NCBI GenBank assembly: GCA_029717555.1
Contig: JAMDHS010000015.1
Location: 248,001 to 305,405 of the forward strand
Length of the DNA: 57,405 nt
Direction: 5' to 3'
DNA from: Peribolospora baueri
Taxonomy: Eukaryota
The position numbers were made by a program, and so were the translations under genes. Shown one piece after another: positions 1 through 12,019 of the stretch; the stretch's first letter is position 1; each line of letters starts with the position of its first letter. The notes under the pieces are model-generated. The model worked only from the letters and a program-made list of their open reading frames with translations, ran no database searches and was not told where the DNA came from.

Positions 1-2
1 AC

Positions 3-239
3 GCCAACAGCTCAACCCTCGATGGCCGTAGGTTCGCGGCCGACTTTGTCGCGAAACGCAAAGCCGACGCGGCCGCCGTGCGCGCAGCGGCTACCAACGG
101 TGCCTCCGTCTCTGGTGGTAAATCGTCCAGCGTGGGAGGGGCGAGGACGCTATCTGACGTTGTCAAGCAGCAGCCCAAGCCAGCCGCGGCTAACGACTGG
201 GGCTTCAAGGTGGTGAACAAGAAGAAGGGCAAGCGCTAG
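3..239 (+). CDS. 3' end (partial) of a GYF-domain Smy2/GIGYF-like protein
   Basis: Frame 3 reads ANSSTLDGRRFAADFVAKRKADA...WGFKVVNKKKGKR* (TAG 237-239), which resembles the conserved C-terminus of fungal GYF-domain proteins. The 5' part lies outside the window. Confidence 0.7.
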   Translation, partial: ANSSTLDGRRFAADFVAKRKADAAAVRAAATNGASVSGGKSSSVGGARTLSDVVKQQPKPAAANDWGFKVVNKKKGKR

Positions 240-810
240 TCTCCTCGCGTCTTGCGCCCCTCCATCCTTTCCATGTACACATACGTGATCTTCGCGCTGA
301 GCTGATCTGACCTTGCAACCGAGCGTCCATTCGAACATTGACGTGGTTGCTGTGTACCCCGCCCAGTGATGGTGACGGGCGATGTGACGAGTGATAGCGA
401 CCGGCTTTTGACGGGTTTATTCGGCCGAAGATAAGCAAAACGCGGGGCCGTATAAATGCTGGTGCCAGTACATCTAGTCGTGTTGTGGCTCTGCGACCCG
501 TTGCATCTCGCCATACTTTCTCTCCTCGTTGACCTGTCGCTATGCCTCAGCATCCAAGAGACAGCACCGCTACGCTTGTCAGTGAGAAGCCACATCATGG
601 ACGGTCAAGCTGGTCTGGCGTGAAGGCTCCAGGCAAGCACAGCAGCAACACCCTTAAGAGCCAAAAGGGGTCCCCAGACAAATCTGCCCCTGTTCTCGCC
701 AGTAGGAGTGTAGAGGCGGGAAGATCTCGCACCTGTGCACAGCATCACTGGATGAAGTGACCCACCCACATACTGGTGTCATCCCGTTCGCATTTTTCCG
801 TCTGCCCCAG

Positions 811-2376
811 GTCATCCACGGTGGCGCCGGTAGCTGGGATGTCCCAAAGTGAGCTCGTCTGTTCGGTTTTTTTGCCGACGCCGTGACGGACATCTGACAG
901 CTATGTACTCGCTCCCTTCATCCGGTCTCGCTGTTCTAGCATTCCTCCGAAGCTCCAGGTTGAATACCGAATGGCCCTTCAGCAAGCCTTGCGGCAAGGC
1001 CAAGCCGTCCTCTCCTCTGGAGGTAATGCTTTGGATGCAGTGTGCATGGCAGTGCGTTCCGTGGAGGACTGTGCGCTCTTCAACTCTGGCCATGGCGCAG
1101 TGTTCAACGCTAAGGGGAAGAACGAGCTTGAGGCGAGCGTCATGACCACTAGGCCCCCTGGTACGACGGTGCATGACGCTCGCTCTTCCCCGCTCGAGAG
1201 TGCCGTTCCCGCCTCTCGACGCGCAGCCTCCGTCGCTCTACTGACTCGGACCAAGAATCCCATCCTCCTTGCGCGGGCTCTCTACCTTGACCCGGACGCC
1301 AACCCTCATGTGTGGTTGAGCGGCTTGGAGGCCGAACAGATCGGCTGGGAGAAGGGTTGTGAAAAGGTGGACCCGAGTTACTTCTGGACGGAGAGGAGGT
1401 GGCTGTGAGTGGTGCGGCGCTCTTCTCTTGCCGAAAGAAGTAGAGCTCAATCCCGATCTCGGTTTGGACCTCCAACATTGCAACTTCTTTTGACTCATTC
1501 AGCGAACACCGGCGCGGTCTCGGTCTGCCAGATTACGACGCAGGGCAAAGCCGTCCCTGCTTCTCTGCCGAGCCAGAAGGCGACGACGAGACAAAAGACG
1601 ACTTTGAATTCAATCCAGCTGATTTGCCCCAAGGAACGGTGGGTGCGGTAGCAAGAGACGCGGAGGGTAGAATCGCTTGTGCAACCAGCACCGGCGGATA
1701 CACGAACAAGCTTGGTGAATTAGCTGTGACGAGTCTGGGCGGGAAGACGCGAGAATGGTACACACCTAATTTTGCCTGGATCCTCTTACGTGCCAACTCA
1801 TTCACATATAGTCGGTCGCATCGGTGACACCCCGGCGCCTGGAGCTGGTTTCTGGGCCGAGACTTGGACGACCAAGTGCTGCGATAATCGTTTCAGAAAG
1901 CTACTTAGCAAATTGGGCATCTGCAAGGCTCTCCCTGACCGAGAAGACGGCCTTGGTTTGAGTGGAACTGGAAATGGTGATGTGAGTATCTGCGGTCGGA
2001 CGCGTTGGACTTCTTCAGCACGATTGACGGTCGGAAAGCATCTCCTTTAGTACTTCTTGCGCACCTCGTTCGCTTCCTTGGTAGCACGTCGAATGCGATT
2101 CTTGGGCGAACCGGTGCAAACAGCGGCAGAAAGAGCGATCGAAGAGCTCGGATCCCTCGGTGGCGCGGGGGGTTGCATTTGCGTCGATGCTCAGGGCAAT
2201 GGTAAGCGTGGTATCGAGTGAATCGCTATCGGTGACATTGTCGCTCTGATCGGCGTCCTCCCGTCCCGCTTTCTCCAGTTGCCATGCCGTTCAACAGCGG
2301 TGCCATGTTCCGGGGAATCGTTCGTGGGGACGGCACGCCTAAAGTGGCCATATATAGAGATGAAGAGCTGACATGA
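811..2376 (+). CDS. Isoaspartyl peptidase / L-asparaginase (Ntn-hydrolase), multi-exon; first exon unresolved (possibly ATG 542)
   Basis: Motifs VIHGGAG (811), LFNSGHGAVF, ELEASVM, GTVGAVARD (catalytic Thr), ATSTGG, GRIGDTP, SGTGNGD and MPFNSGAMFRG. Ends KVAIYRDEELT* at 2376. GT-AG introns lie between the motifs. Confidence 0.9.
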
Positions 2377-2619
2377 CTGCGAGACACTGGTGTGGGACAA
2401 CCGTTCCGTCGTCGTGATGAATAGATGCAAGGGAAAGGCGCGAGTAAGATACAATGACAAGGGTCTCGGTCCGATGGAATGAATTTTATGAGAACGCATT
2501 ATTAAGTGCATCGTGCTGCTGAAACGTGGACGCTCTCAGAGTTTACCAGCGTCCGATAATGCAAAGACATTGCAATCAGTCCTCTCCGTCGTCGGAGGGA
2601 TCCGAGGCCACGTCCGAGT

Positions 2620-4596
2620 CTACCCACGGACGCGAGCGCGGAGCGAAGTAACCAGCGGCGTTAGGAAATTTCTTGACCGGCTTGGAGGTTTGAACACTTC
2701 GCGACGCTGCGAATAGAAAGCCTCACCGATATATTCTCCGTCGCTATTCTTGCCCTTCTCCAGTGCACCGAGATTGCCCCTAGGAGTAATAAGATCAAAC
2801 GCTTTGGCCGGCTTGTCCTCGCGCTTGTCTTCTGCGCTCTGGACAGAATCATCATCGCTGTCGTCCCCGTCGTCCGAGTCAGAGCCCGAACCGGACGTTT
2901 CGGAACCGGAGGAGGAAGAGGCGGAGCCGTCTGATCCGTCGGCGTAGGAGTCTTCGCTGTTGGACTTGGTAGCGATTGGCAGGGGCTTTGTAGGGGACCG
3001 CATAGGCTTCTTGGGCGACCGTCCAGCGGTGCTCACAGAAGAATCGGCCTTGTGCTTGCCGTCCGCTTTGCTCGCAGTTGGACTGCCCGCCGACATGGCC
3101 GTAGAAGCCGCTGGCGACGCTGCGGTCGCTTGTTGTGATGCGCGTGCTGGATTAAGGGGAGAGCCATGCACCGGCACGGAGGACGAGGCAACCGGGCCGG
3201 CAGATTGCGAAGATTTGGCCTGCCGGTGGGCCAAGTTCAGGAGGATATCGATTGGTCAGCCTGACGGGGCCTGCGTTGCTGGACAAGGTGTTTCTCACTC
3301 GTGACATGGGTGTGCCTTCCAAAACACCGGAGCCCGGGCCCTTTCCTGGCGGGGCTGAAAGCAGAAAACCGGAACCCGTGAGAGAATAGAACCAACCGGT
3401 GAGAGACAGACTTTGATGTGCACCACTTACTACTAGTTCCTGTTTTCATCTTCTTACTATTACTTGGAGAGCCCTTGGGACCACCCTCGCTCACCGAGGG
3501 ACTCGGGGAAAGCGCTCTTTTGCCGTTAGCATTCAAACCGGTCGTTACAACAGAAGCTTTCTGTTCTGTAAAAGTGAAGAGCTGTCATCTTTAGCACTTC
3601 CACAAACTTTTTATACGGGACTCGTTCACTCACTTCGGCCCTTCTTCTTAGACCCCTCCTTTTCTCCGTCCTCCGCCTCGCTGAGCACATAAGGGGAAGC
3701 AGACCCCGAGCCACGATCGGAAGACGTGACCACTGGGGCAGCGGCAGACATGCGCGCCTTGGCGTTACGCGCGGTCGCACGGCGGTTGCCTGAGCGGTTC
3801 ATGCAAGAGGAAAGGTGTGCGGCATAGCGGTTTGAAGACACCTGTGACGGAATGAAAAACATACGCCACGGTCAACGTGCGGCCGCCATATAAGACATGA
3901 ACGATGTTGGAGAAATACTCGCCTGCCTGGAACATACGAGACATTCGTAAAGCGGGTTGTCTTTATAGTAGTCAGTCTTCGCAGCTTCGGTGCCCGAGGA
4001 GGCGGCTGTCGTGGATGAGTTTGAACTCGATACCCCATTGCCGGCTCCGCCTGACGTGGCACCTGAAGAGTTGGTCGGGGCAGTGGAATACAGATGTGCT
4101 GTAGACAAAGAAAAACCGGGTAAACCCTGTGTGGAAGGCGTGACAAGCTCGGAGGACACCCATGCCATGCTCACCTCGACACCTGGGCGAGAGGAGAGAG
4201 ATCCGGCATGATCGAAATAAAAAAAAGCAATGAGGGAGACGCTCAAAGCTGTTGAAGGCTTCGCGCAAGCGCCCACTCCTTGATCCTATACGTCCGAACG
4301 GTCATGTCGTATGATCCTCACCGATTCCCACATGCAGCACAAATGCCTCGCGCCCTCTTAACTTCCCTGTGCGCCCGCATGGCCACCTCCATGATCACAT
4401 CATCAACCAGTCCGTCCATCAGCCGGTTCGCCTGAAATGATAGTTGGAAAAGGCTTCATGTCAATGTATGGCCTTCAATCGACCACGGCGCGGACCAGGC
4501 CGCCGTGAAAGAAGGCAGGGCCACAACGGCGACGTTAGGCCTCCTACTGACCAGCCGCTTCTTCTCAGCCTCCAACTCGTTGGCCTCCTCCGTCAT
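2620..4596 (-). CDS. SGF11: SAGA deubiquitination module subunit Sgf11 with long Ser/Asp-rich C-terminus, multi-exon
   Basis: N-terminal ANRLMDGLVDDVIMEVAMRAHREVKR helix. Spliced zinc finger YECLVCSRQ|VSSNRYAAHLSSCM followed by a basic RRATARNA segment. The 3' exon structure is less certain. Confidence 0.85.
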
Positions 4597-4764
4597 GTCG
4601 CCTAGAAGGTCCTGATAATCCCTGAAGAGAAAAAGAGCTGAAAGCTGAGTCTCTGCAGCTCGAGCCGGTCAAGTAGTGTGGAATGGTACCTTTGCGGTCC
4701 AAATGGTGCCGGCCGAGCCCCGATTGATCGGCTGCCGCGGATTTTGACTGCGGCGGTCTACAAG

Positions 4765-4813
4765 GTCACGTGCACGCAAGAAGAAGTCGGGATGGATCAC
4801 ATCGGCACGTGAC
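4765..4813. promoter_or_regulatory. Two GTCACGTG E-box motifs in the divergent SGF11 / glutaredoxin-like promoter
   Basis: GTCACGTG at 4765-4772 and CACGTGAC at 4806-4813, within a ~310-bp divergent intergenic region. Confidence 0.5.
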
Positions 4814-4904
4814 CGATAACTTATAAGACCCAGACCTCTCTAACTGGGGCGCGCTCACGACAACCAGGTGCTCGAAAGGCTTCGAAAGCTCGTTTCCCAA
4901 GAGC

Positions 4905-5393
4905 ATGCCCCCACGTCTGCCTCGTCTTCGCCTCTTCACCGGCACACACTGTCAGCTCTGTGAAGTTGCTGCATTGGAGCTGGCCGAGGTGCAGAAGCAG
5001 GTATGTGGTGAGGCCAAAGGAACGGCACATCGCGCAGATGGCCTGGCTCACTCGGCCTTTTTTCTCAGGTTCCTTTCGAGTTGTCCACATATAACATCCG
5101 TGAAGAATCTTTGAGAGACTCGAAGAAGTGGAGGAGAGCGTACCAGTGAGCTAAAAATTATTTGGCTCACCTTTCTTCCAATCTTTCCACTGATGTTCTT
5201 GCCCCTCGCCCATTTAGGTACGACATTCCGGTGTTGCACCTTGAGGACAGTGGTGAGCTATCCTGGCCTGCATTTCCTAGAGATCTGCCATTTACTTCTT
5301 GTACGTGGTTGTTTTGCAGAGGTGATGCGACATCGAATCGACAAAGCCAAACTCGTTGAACTCCTGAAGCAATGGAACGAGGCACAGAAGTGA
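4905..5393 (+). CDS. Glutaredoxin-like protein (DUF836 / YDR286C-type), 4 exons
   Basis: Spliced product MPPRLPRLRLFTGTHCQLCEVAALELAEVQKQ|VPFELSTYNI...KKWRRAYQ|YDIPVLHLEDS|EVMRHRIDKAKL...QK*. CxxC and YDIPV motifs are present. Confidence 0.85.
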
Positions 5394-7354
5394 ACGAACA
5401 GAAGTCGGAGGAGGGAGAGCTGGTGGAGACCACGGAAATTGAATCGTATGGTGTGGACAGGAAAAGGAAGCGAAGCCTGCGAGAGGCAGATGGAGATTCT
5501 GCGCTAGCCTACCAAAACAAGCGAAGGGCTACAAACGGCGCCGAAGATCAGCTTGCGGAAGGGCCACCGGAGGCCGGCTCGCCGGTCGCCAAAGGTTCCC
5601 ATTTCGAACAGGAACCATTCTTTGTCGTCGACACCAGACCGGATGACTTCTATGACGAGGAGCAGAGCTTCTCAGGTAACAGCTACTCTTTCTTGCGTGG
5701 TGCGGCTGCAGTGCTTGGGGAACGCTCTGATTCTCCAGATGAAGGAGAAGTTGCAGAGCCAGACCCCGAAGAGGTCGAGCAAGGACGGGTACCGCCCACA
5801 TCGCGGTGCTTCAACTGCGGAGACCCAGGACACGCGGTCAGCAATTGTCCCAAACCCCACGACGTCGAGCTGATTCGTCTTTCGCGAAACATCTTCCAAG
5901 CGCTTAAGACCCGGCACGCCGCGTATCTCGTCTCTTTACGCCGGGCGACGGATGAGAAGGGCGACGATACGGAGGAAAGACATCGTGCGGCAGCCGTGGA
6001 CGACGACAAGGCTACAGGTCTTTGTTTCCATGACTTGGCCGAAAGCAGGGCCAAGCGCTTCAGATGGCTGCAGAGTTTCCAACCTGGGCGGGTTCGCAGG
6101 GGCGGAGCGTTGTGGAAAGCTTTGGGCATGCCAACACCGCCAGATGGACGAAAGTACAAAGAGCGGGAAGGCCTGGGGAACGTTGAAAGGGCACGCCAGT
6201 GCGAGGGCGAAACCGATAAAGGTGATCAAAGGGGGACAACGGAGGAACCCGACTGGCCGTGGTTTAGGCAGATGATGGAATGGGGCTATCCACCGGGCTA
6301 TCACTCTGCCTCAGGTGAATGAATTTCTGATCTATTCGCGTGATCTGCGTTCCTTCCATTTGCCTCCTCTCCGTTAATATGACGGCTCTGATCTTGTTTG
6401 CTTTTCCAATTTACTTCAGATCCACTGGAACGAGTTCGCGCTCGCATCGAAGCGAGTGACCCCATGAAGACGAGCCAAACTGACTGGGATGACGTGGAAG
6501 TTCTCTCCGGTCTCGACGACCGACTGGCACCATCGCCGGAGCATCCCGGTGTCGGCTCGTCGTTTACCGTGACCGACGCACCAGATGGCGATGCTCGACC
6601 GCTTCCCGAACAAGGGCATGATCCGAGCGGAATCCTTGGTAGTGAACCCGGTCACCCAGAAACGACTCAGAAACGTTGGGTCATCTATCCCACTACACTC
6701 TTCTCTTCAACCCTACTCCCGGTGTTCAACCCGAATGCGCCATTACCTCCGATGGAGGAATCTCCCGTTCGATCCGTTCCCGATTCATTCGGCCTTGTTT
6801 CCATGCGTCAGACCGATCCTTTTCTTCCAGATCGACCCCAAGTGCGAACAAGCGATGACATTGCTGCCAAGGCTTCCGACATCGATCTGGCCGCAGACAA
6901 GTACGCCTCTTGGTCAGCAATCAGGGCGGAGCGGGAAGAAGCGGCCCAGCGGGCTCGGGTTGGGAGATGGAACGCAGGAGTTGCCGTCAACGATGTCAAT
7001 AATTCATGGGACAAGTCACGATGGCAACCTCCGGCGCCGCGCTTTCCATACCGACAACACCCGGACGAGACCTTGCCGTATTCCTTTCCCTTCACGCTTG
7101 ACACCCGTGCATACCACCACGGACCGCCTCCGTGGCCACCGCCGGGTAGATTTCCACCGCCTCCTTCGCCCGGGCGTCCATCTGCACCGCCCCCGTGGCC
7201 GCCTCCGAGGCCGCCTCCGAGTAGATTTCCGCCACCTCCTTCGCCCGTGCATCCATCTGCACCGCCTCCACCGCCGCCTCCAACGTCGCCGCCTCCTCCG
7301 CTTCCTGATGGACCACCACCAGCCTTTCCCCAGGAAGGAGAAGAACGTGGCTAA
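5372..7354 (+). CDS. ZCCHC8-like protein (zinc knuckle + PSP domain, Pro-rich C-terminus); putative nuclear exosome adaptor, 2 exons
   Basis: CFNCGDPGHAVSNC zinc knuckle, F.PGRV...L..ALG and PWFRQMMEWGYPPGY (PSP domain). Intron ~6316-6419. C-terminal poly-Pro repeats. Confidence 0.8.
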
Positions 7355-7442
7355 GGAAATAGAATGGAGGAAAGAAAGTCGGCAGCTGGAACGCCATGGC
7401 GTCTTGTACTAATAAAGTCGGAGGGTGAGCTGGCTGTCATTC

Positions 7443-9330
7443 TCTAGTCTAGTCGAACACTGGGCAACCGTCGTACAGCGCTCGCCATTGCCTCGCTCGC
7501 CTGTCTACTCCAGCCTTGTGTTCCACTACGTGAGGGAGGTCTGAGAGAGAGCGTGGAATTGCATGCTGCACCAGGGAGGCTGATAGAAGAATCGGCAAAC
7601 GGAGCCTTTGGCCGTCGACCAACCAAGCCGGCGTCTACTCCCGCGCCCCGCAGGGTCTAGTATTACCTTGATCACGCCAGGAGTGAGAGAGCTCGATTCC
7701 GACGAACCAGGACGCAACGAATGTCCAAGGAAAAAAATACGACGACAACGAGCTCTAGTAGCGTGTAACCTGGCAGCGGGCCAAGGGAAAAAAAGAAAAA
7801 AAAAAACCGTCCGCAGGCAATCAGCGAGCCGTTTGTCGGGTTCGCTGCTCGGTTTTGACCCCGGACGGGTGACGAGGGGGGGAAACCAAGGTGCCAGGTG
7901 AGAGCCTGCGTACGGTGTCAGAGTTTGAGCGCTTTGCCGTTTTACTAGAGGACCAGATCGCCCTGCCACTGAGACGGAATGGAGACGGAGGCCGCGACAG
8001 CGAACAGGCTTGCGCTTGAGTGTGACTTTGTCTGCGTCGTCCGTATCGACGTAGCGTTTGTAACAGTCACTGGACCAGCGACCCAGGAGCCGGACATCCC
8101 GACGGCAGAGGCCCATGTGGCCACACCACGACGGACGCAGTCGCGGAGGACACGGAGGAAGGCTGACCGCGAGCATGAGGGTGTTGCTGTTTGAGTGACA
8201 AAAGGCGGCGCCAGCGGTCTAAGCGGCTCGGAGAGAAAGGAGGTCGCGCAGGGAGGAAAAAAGGCAGGCGAGGGAGCTGGTTTTGGGGACGATGAGACAG
8301 CATCCCCGTCGGAACTGGTCGGTTTTGCTGGCCGGGAGCGTCATGAACGCGTGCTCGTCGCTAAGGGAGACATCGCCGACTTTGAAGGAGAACCGACCGT
8401 CGAACGGCGCCTCCAGGTGACCTCTCCGCACCGTAAGAAGCAAGCGAACGATAAGGAGAAAGCACAGCGGTAGGCGGCCTTGTCGCGGGCCCGTAACGAC
8501 GTCGGGGAGACATCTGAGGACGTCGAGGAGGATCGGGAGCGTGATGGGAAGGCGGCGCCGAGTTTCCGGTTCTCCGTGCCACCGTATGATGCATTGTAGG
8601 ATGCGCTCGAGCGACGGGGCGGTGAGGGCGGAGGCGTCGAGTCCGAGGTCAATGTGCCACGATCGGAGCGCAGCGAGGGAGGACTGAATGGAGCGCGTGG
8701 ATTGGGATGGCGGCAGGGAGACGACCCATTGTTGAACGTGCTGAAGTTGGGTCGGGAAAACGGGGCCTCGGAAGCAGAGTTGCAGACGGACGAAGGAACT
8801 GTACGACGCACGCACTCTTATCGCTTCCGCGTCCCAGGGGACAGACCGTACTAAAGATACGTTCCGACAAGGCGGGGTTGACCAAGGTCTCCGAGCCAAG
8901 CAAATCGGCTAAGACGTTTGCTTGGCTCGTGACCCGGCCGCGAGGGATGACGGGAAGAGAGGGATATGAGGCCGAGGCAGACCTGCTCGTTGTCGACGTG
9001 CACTACCAAGTGGTGATAATGCCTCCACAGGTGACCGCGGAGGCGGATCGCAGGCGAAGACGAAAGTAGGGTTACTAGCGTCGCCGATGAAACCGCCGTC
9101 CTGAGGCGTCGTCCCAGGACGTCGGTGAGCGCTGCGGTTGCCCGATTGAGTTTGACGCGGACGCTATGATGGTTGGGGGAAGGACGACGTCCTTTCCCAC
9201 GAAGCGGGCCAGAGTATCCAACCTGGATGCCATGACGCATGAAGCCGAGTAGCTGTGCGACGAACGACTGATTGGGGTACTCTGCGAGCAGGGCTTTCCA
9301 GACTGGGATACGGAATGTGCTACGCATGGC
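7443..9330 (-). mobile_element. Degenerate DIRS/Ngaro-type tyrosine-recombinase retroelement remnant (RT N-terminal fragment + frameshifted YR + 3' non-coding part)
   Basis: RT-proximal segment WKALLAEYPNQSFVAQLLGFMRHGIQVGYSGP. YR segments spread over several frames: SLAALRSWHIDLG, RRRLPITLPIL, FACFLRCGEVTW, LPASKTDQFRRG, RRGVATWA and LLGRWSSDCYKRY. Most of RT/RNase H is missing. The left boundary is approximate. Confidence 0.8.
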
Positions 9331-9383
9331 CGGTTTGGAGGATGAAAAGGGGGAAGGTAAAGGAGGTGTTGGGACGAGGGTTA

Positions 9384-9844
9384 ATCGGCACCTACGAGGA
9401 CGACGTCCCTGCGTATGTCCTCCCTCTCAGGAGTCTCGACCTCGTACTGGGCAGGCCGTGGATGAAGAAGAAGCGGGCCAGCGTAGACTTCCAGGAGGAG
9501 ACGTGGACCGTCCATCACCTTCAGCAAGCCCACGTTCTCGAAACCCATCCGATACGGGCGGCGGGAGGTGACCGGAAGGCGGAAGAACCGGATCAGGTCC
9601 TTCTCCTTCTCTACGCTCGCCGCATGCAGCAGGACCTGATCCGAGTCTGGCGCCTTCCGTTCACCCCCCGCCGCCCGTACCGGATGGGTTGCAAGGACGT
9701 GGGCGTGCTGAAGGTGATGGACGGTCCACTCTCCCGGAAGTCTACGCCGGCCCGCTTCTTCTTCATCCACGGCCTGCCCAGTACGAGGTCGAGACTCCTG
9801 AGAGGGAAGACATACGCAGGGACGTCGTCCTCGTAGGTGCCGAT
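9384..9844. repeat. Long imperfect inverted repeat (arms 9384-9601 and 9631-9844, 29-nt spacer) made of retroviral-like protease sequence
   Basis: ATCGGCACCTACGAGGACGACG... at 9384 is the reverse complement of ...CGTCGTCCTCGTAGGTGCCGAT ending at 9844. Both strands translate to IGTYEDDVPAYV(L/F)PLRSLDLVLGRPWMKK. Confidence 0.95.
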
Positions 9845-11290
9845 CCGCAATGGCACCATGACGAGTCCTCCGTGTACGTCGTCTTCTCGCTATCCGCGAC
9901 CCAGATGGCCTTGGGCTTCGTCGGGGTGACGTCGAGGCCGTGTCGCATGACGAAGTCGGCACTGACGAAGTTCGTATGGCGTCCGTGTCGGGAAGGATGG
10001 CGGCCTCCACGTTGTCGATCTTGCCCTTGAAGACGTGCATCGGTTGTTCGGGGACTTGTGCGAGTGCTGTGAAAGATCCCGTCTCGTACCCGTCCTCGTA
10101 CCCGTCCTCGTACCCGTCCTCATCGTCGGCATCGTCGCCCAGCTCCTGCAACGCAGCGAAGCCGCCCGCGGCTCTCGCCACCCTCCTGTTCCCGCTCCCG
10201 TTGCCCTTCCTATCCGTCGGACCGGCGCGCTTCGGCTGGAGAGAGTCCCTCGCAAGGTGGCCCTTGCGCCCACAGTTGAAGCAGGCGCGGCTTTCCCGCT
10301 TGTCCACCGACATCGTGGGGAGGTCCATCGGCTCGGGCGAGGGAGGACGGGGCCGGGTCGGTTCTGGCGCAGCATGGCTGAAGAGTGGCAGCGGGGCGGG
10401 CCACTCGACCTTGCGTCGACCGGCCTGCTTCTCCCTCCTGTCGCCGCCCTTGTCGCCGCCCTTCTGCCCTATCGTCGTGGCCTGCTCGAAGATGATGGCG
10501 GCCTGGTAGGCCGCTTCAACGGTCGGGCTGCAGCACTAAGAGATGCGACTGGAGGTGGGGCGGAAGTCGCCGGAGGAACACGTTGAGCCGGAACTGGGGG
10601 CTCGCGTGCTCTGGGGGGATCTGCGCCTCCAATGTGCGGAAAGCGTGAACGTATCCCGCCACGCTCCCCTTGAACGGAACGTCTAGGACGTCCCGCTGAA
10701 TCTGATTCTGGCGGAACGACGTGTTAAACCGAGCCACCATCTTGGACTTGAATTCCGTCCAGTCCGGCGCCCTCCCCAGCTCCCTCTTTATCGTCAGGTA
10801 CCCCTTACGGGCCTCCCCTGTGAGGCTCTCCATCGCCGTCAGGACCCAGGCCGCTTTGTCCAGGCCAGAGGCGGTGAGGGCGTCCTCGAGGCACTCGAGC
10901 CAGCTGTTGACGTCCTCCTTCTTCGAGCCACTGAAGGGCTCGATCTGGACGTGGCCGAATGAGCGTCGTAGGGGAGGCTTCTCGCGCTCCTGCCCCCTGT
11001 TGCCCCCAGCCGTGGTGAGCGAGGCGATCATGGCCTGGCTGATCAACAGGAACTGCCTCTGCTCCTGTTGCGCCTGTTGCTGTTGTGTCGTTATCGTCGA
11101 CATAAAGGCGTTCATCTGGGCCATCATGCTCATTCGCGCCTCCCAACGGTCGTCGGCGGTCTCTGTAGGAGCGGCTTGCTCCGGAACGGGAGCCGTTGCT
11201 GCCCGAGCGATCTGACCCTCCATCGTGTTCGCAAGCCGCGGGCTCTGACCCTCCATCGAGTCAGTGTCGTTATTGTCGGGGGGGTTCATC
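9602..11290 (-). mobile_element. Degenerate Ty3/gypsy gag - zinc knuckle - aspartic protease remnant
   Basis: Gag ORF 10516-11289 (FSGSKKEDVNSWL...LTGEARKGY...DWTEFKSKMVARF...GSVAGYVHAF). It is followed by PMDL, a broken CCHC knuckle CFNCGRKGHLARDS, a decayed protease site ILPDTDA and DLVLGRPWM. Several frameshifts. Confidence 0.85.
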
Positions 11291-12019
11291 GTTGTTGCAT
11301 GCCTGCTCGACCCGGTCCGAGGCGTTCTGTACTGTCGCCTATCGGCCGATCTTGATGTCTGCTAACATAAAAAAACTCATCTTTCGAAATCACGTATGCC
11401 CCGGACGCTTACGTGAGGAAGATCACTTGGATTGTTACATAGGGGGGCGAAAAAAAAAGCGCCACTTATACTCGCGAGCGGCTCGGCCCTCGAATGCGGA
11501 AGAGACAGAGAAGGGTCGGGAGCTAACGGAGTGAGGAATGCTCCAGCGTCCTTCTAGGGCCGGAGGCGGACACAAGCGGAGATGACCGAGTGGACTAGAA
11601 TCCCACATTTATGACGTCACGTGCGACCACGTTCGATGCATTCCCGCCCCATAAATGGAGGAGAGTGCGGATCTTCGATTTCAGGCCCAAGTGGCGAATT
11701 AGTGGAAGGGCCGCCGGGTGCGGCGTGTTGTTGAGATAAAATTGACTGAGAAGAGTATGGGGGGCATCTACATCGGTAGACGTAGACCGCTCGTCGTCCT
11801 CCTTGCCATCGCCTCTTCTCTTCTTTCTTTTCTCTCCTCTTCTCGCCGCCTCCATCTTGCCATGGACCGGAGGGCGAAGTAATCCTTTAGACTTGTACAT
11901 CCCTTCTCCTGCACGTCTCCCATCATTCCCTCCCTCTCCGGCGTCCACCACGACCCCCGATCCGGTGGATTTGATAATACGATAAGCTCTGCTCGCTGCC
12001 CCACGGGCAGACGTCAACC

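Noticed and set aside
7443..7980. Hammerhead ribozyme or split direct repeats at the YR element end
   Set aside because: No CTGANGA...GAAA core found on either strand (nearest is CTGATAGA). Only short motif recurrences are present, not clear repeats.
11340..11700. Possible 5' LTR (TGTTACA at ~11433) and primer-binding site of the gypsy remnant
   Set aside because: No second LTR copy in the window and no convincing tRNA-complementary PBS, so the boundaries cannot be supported.
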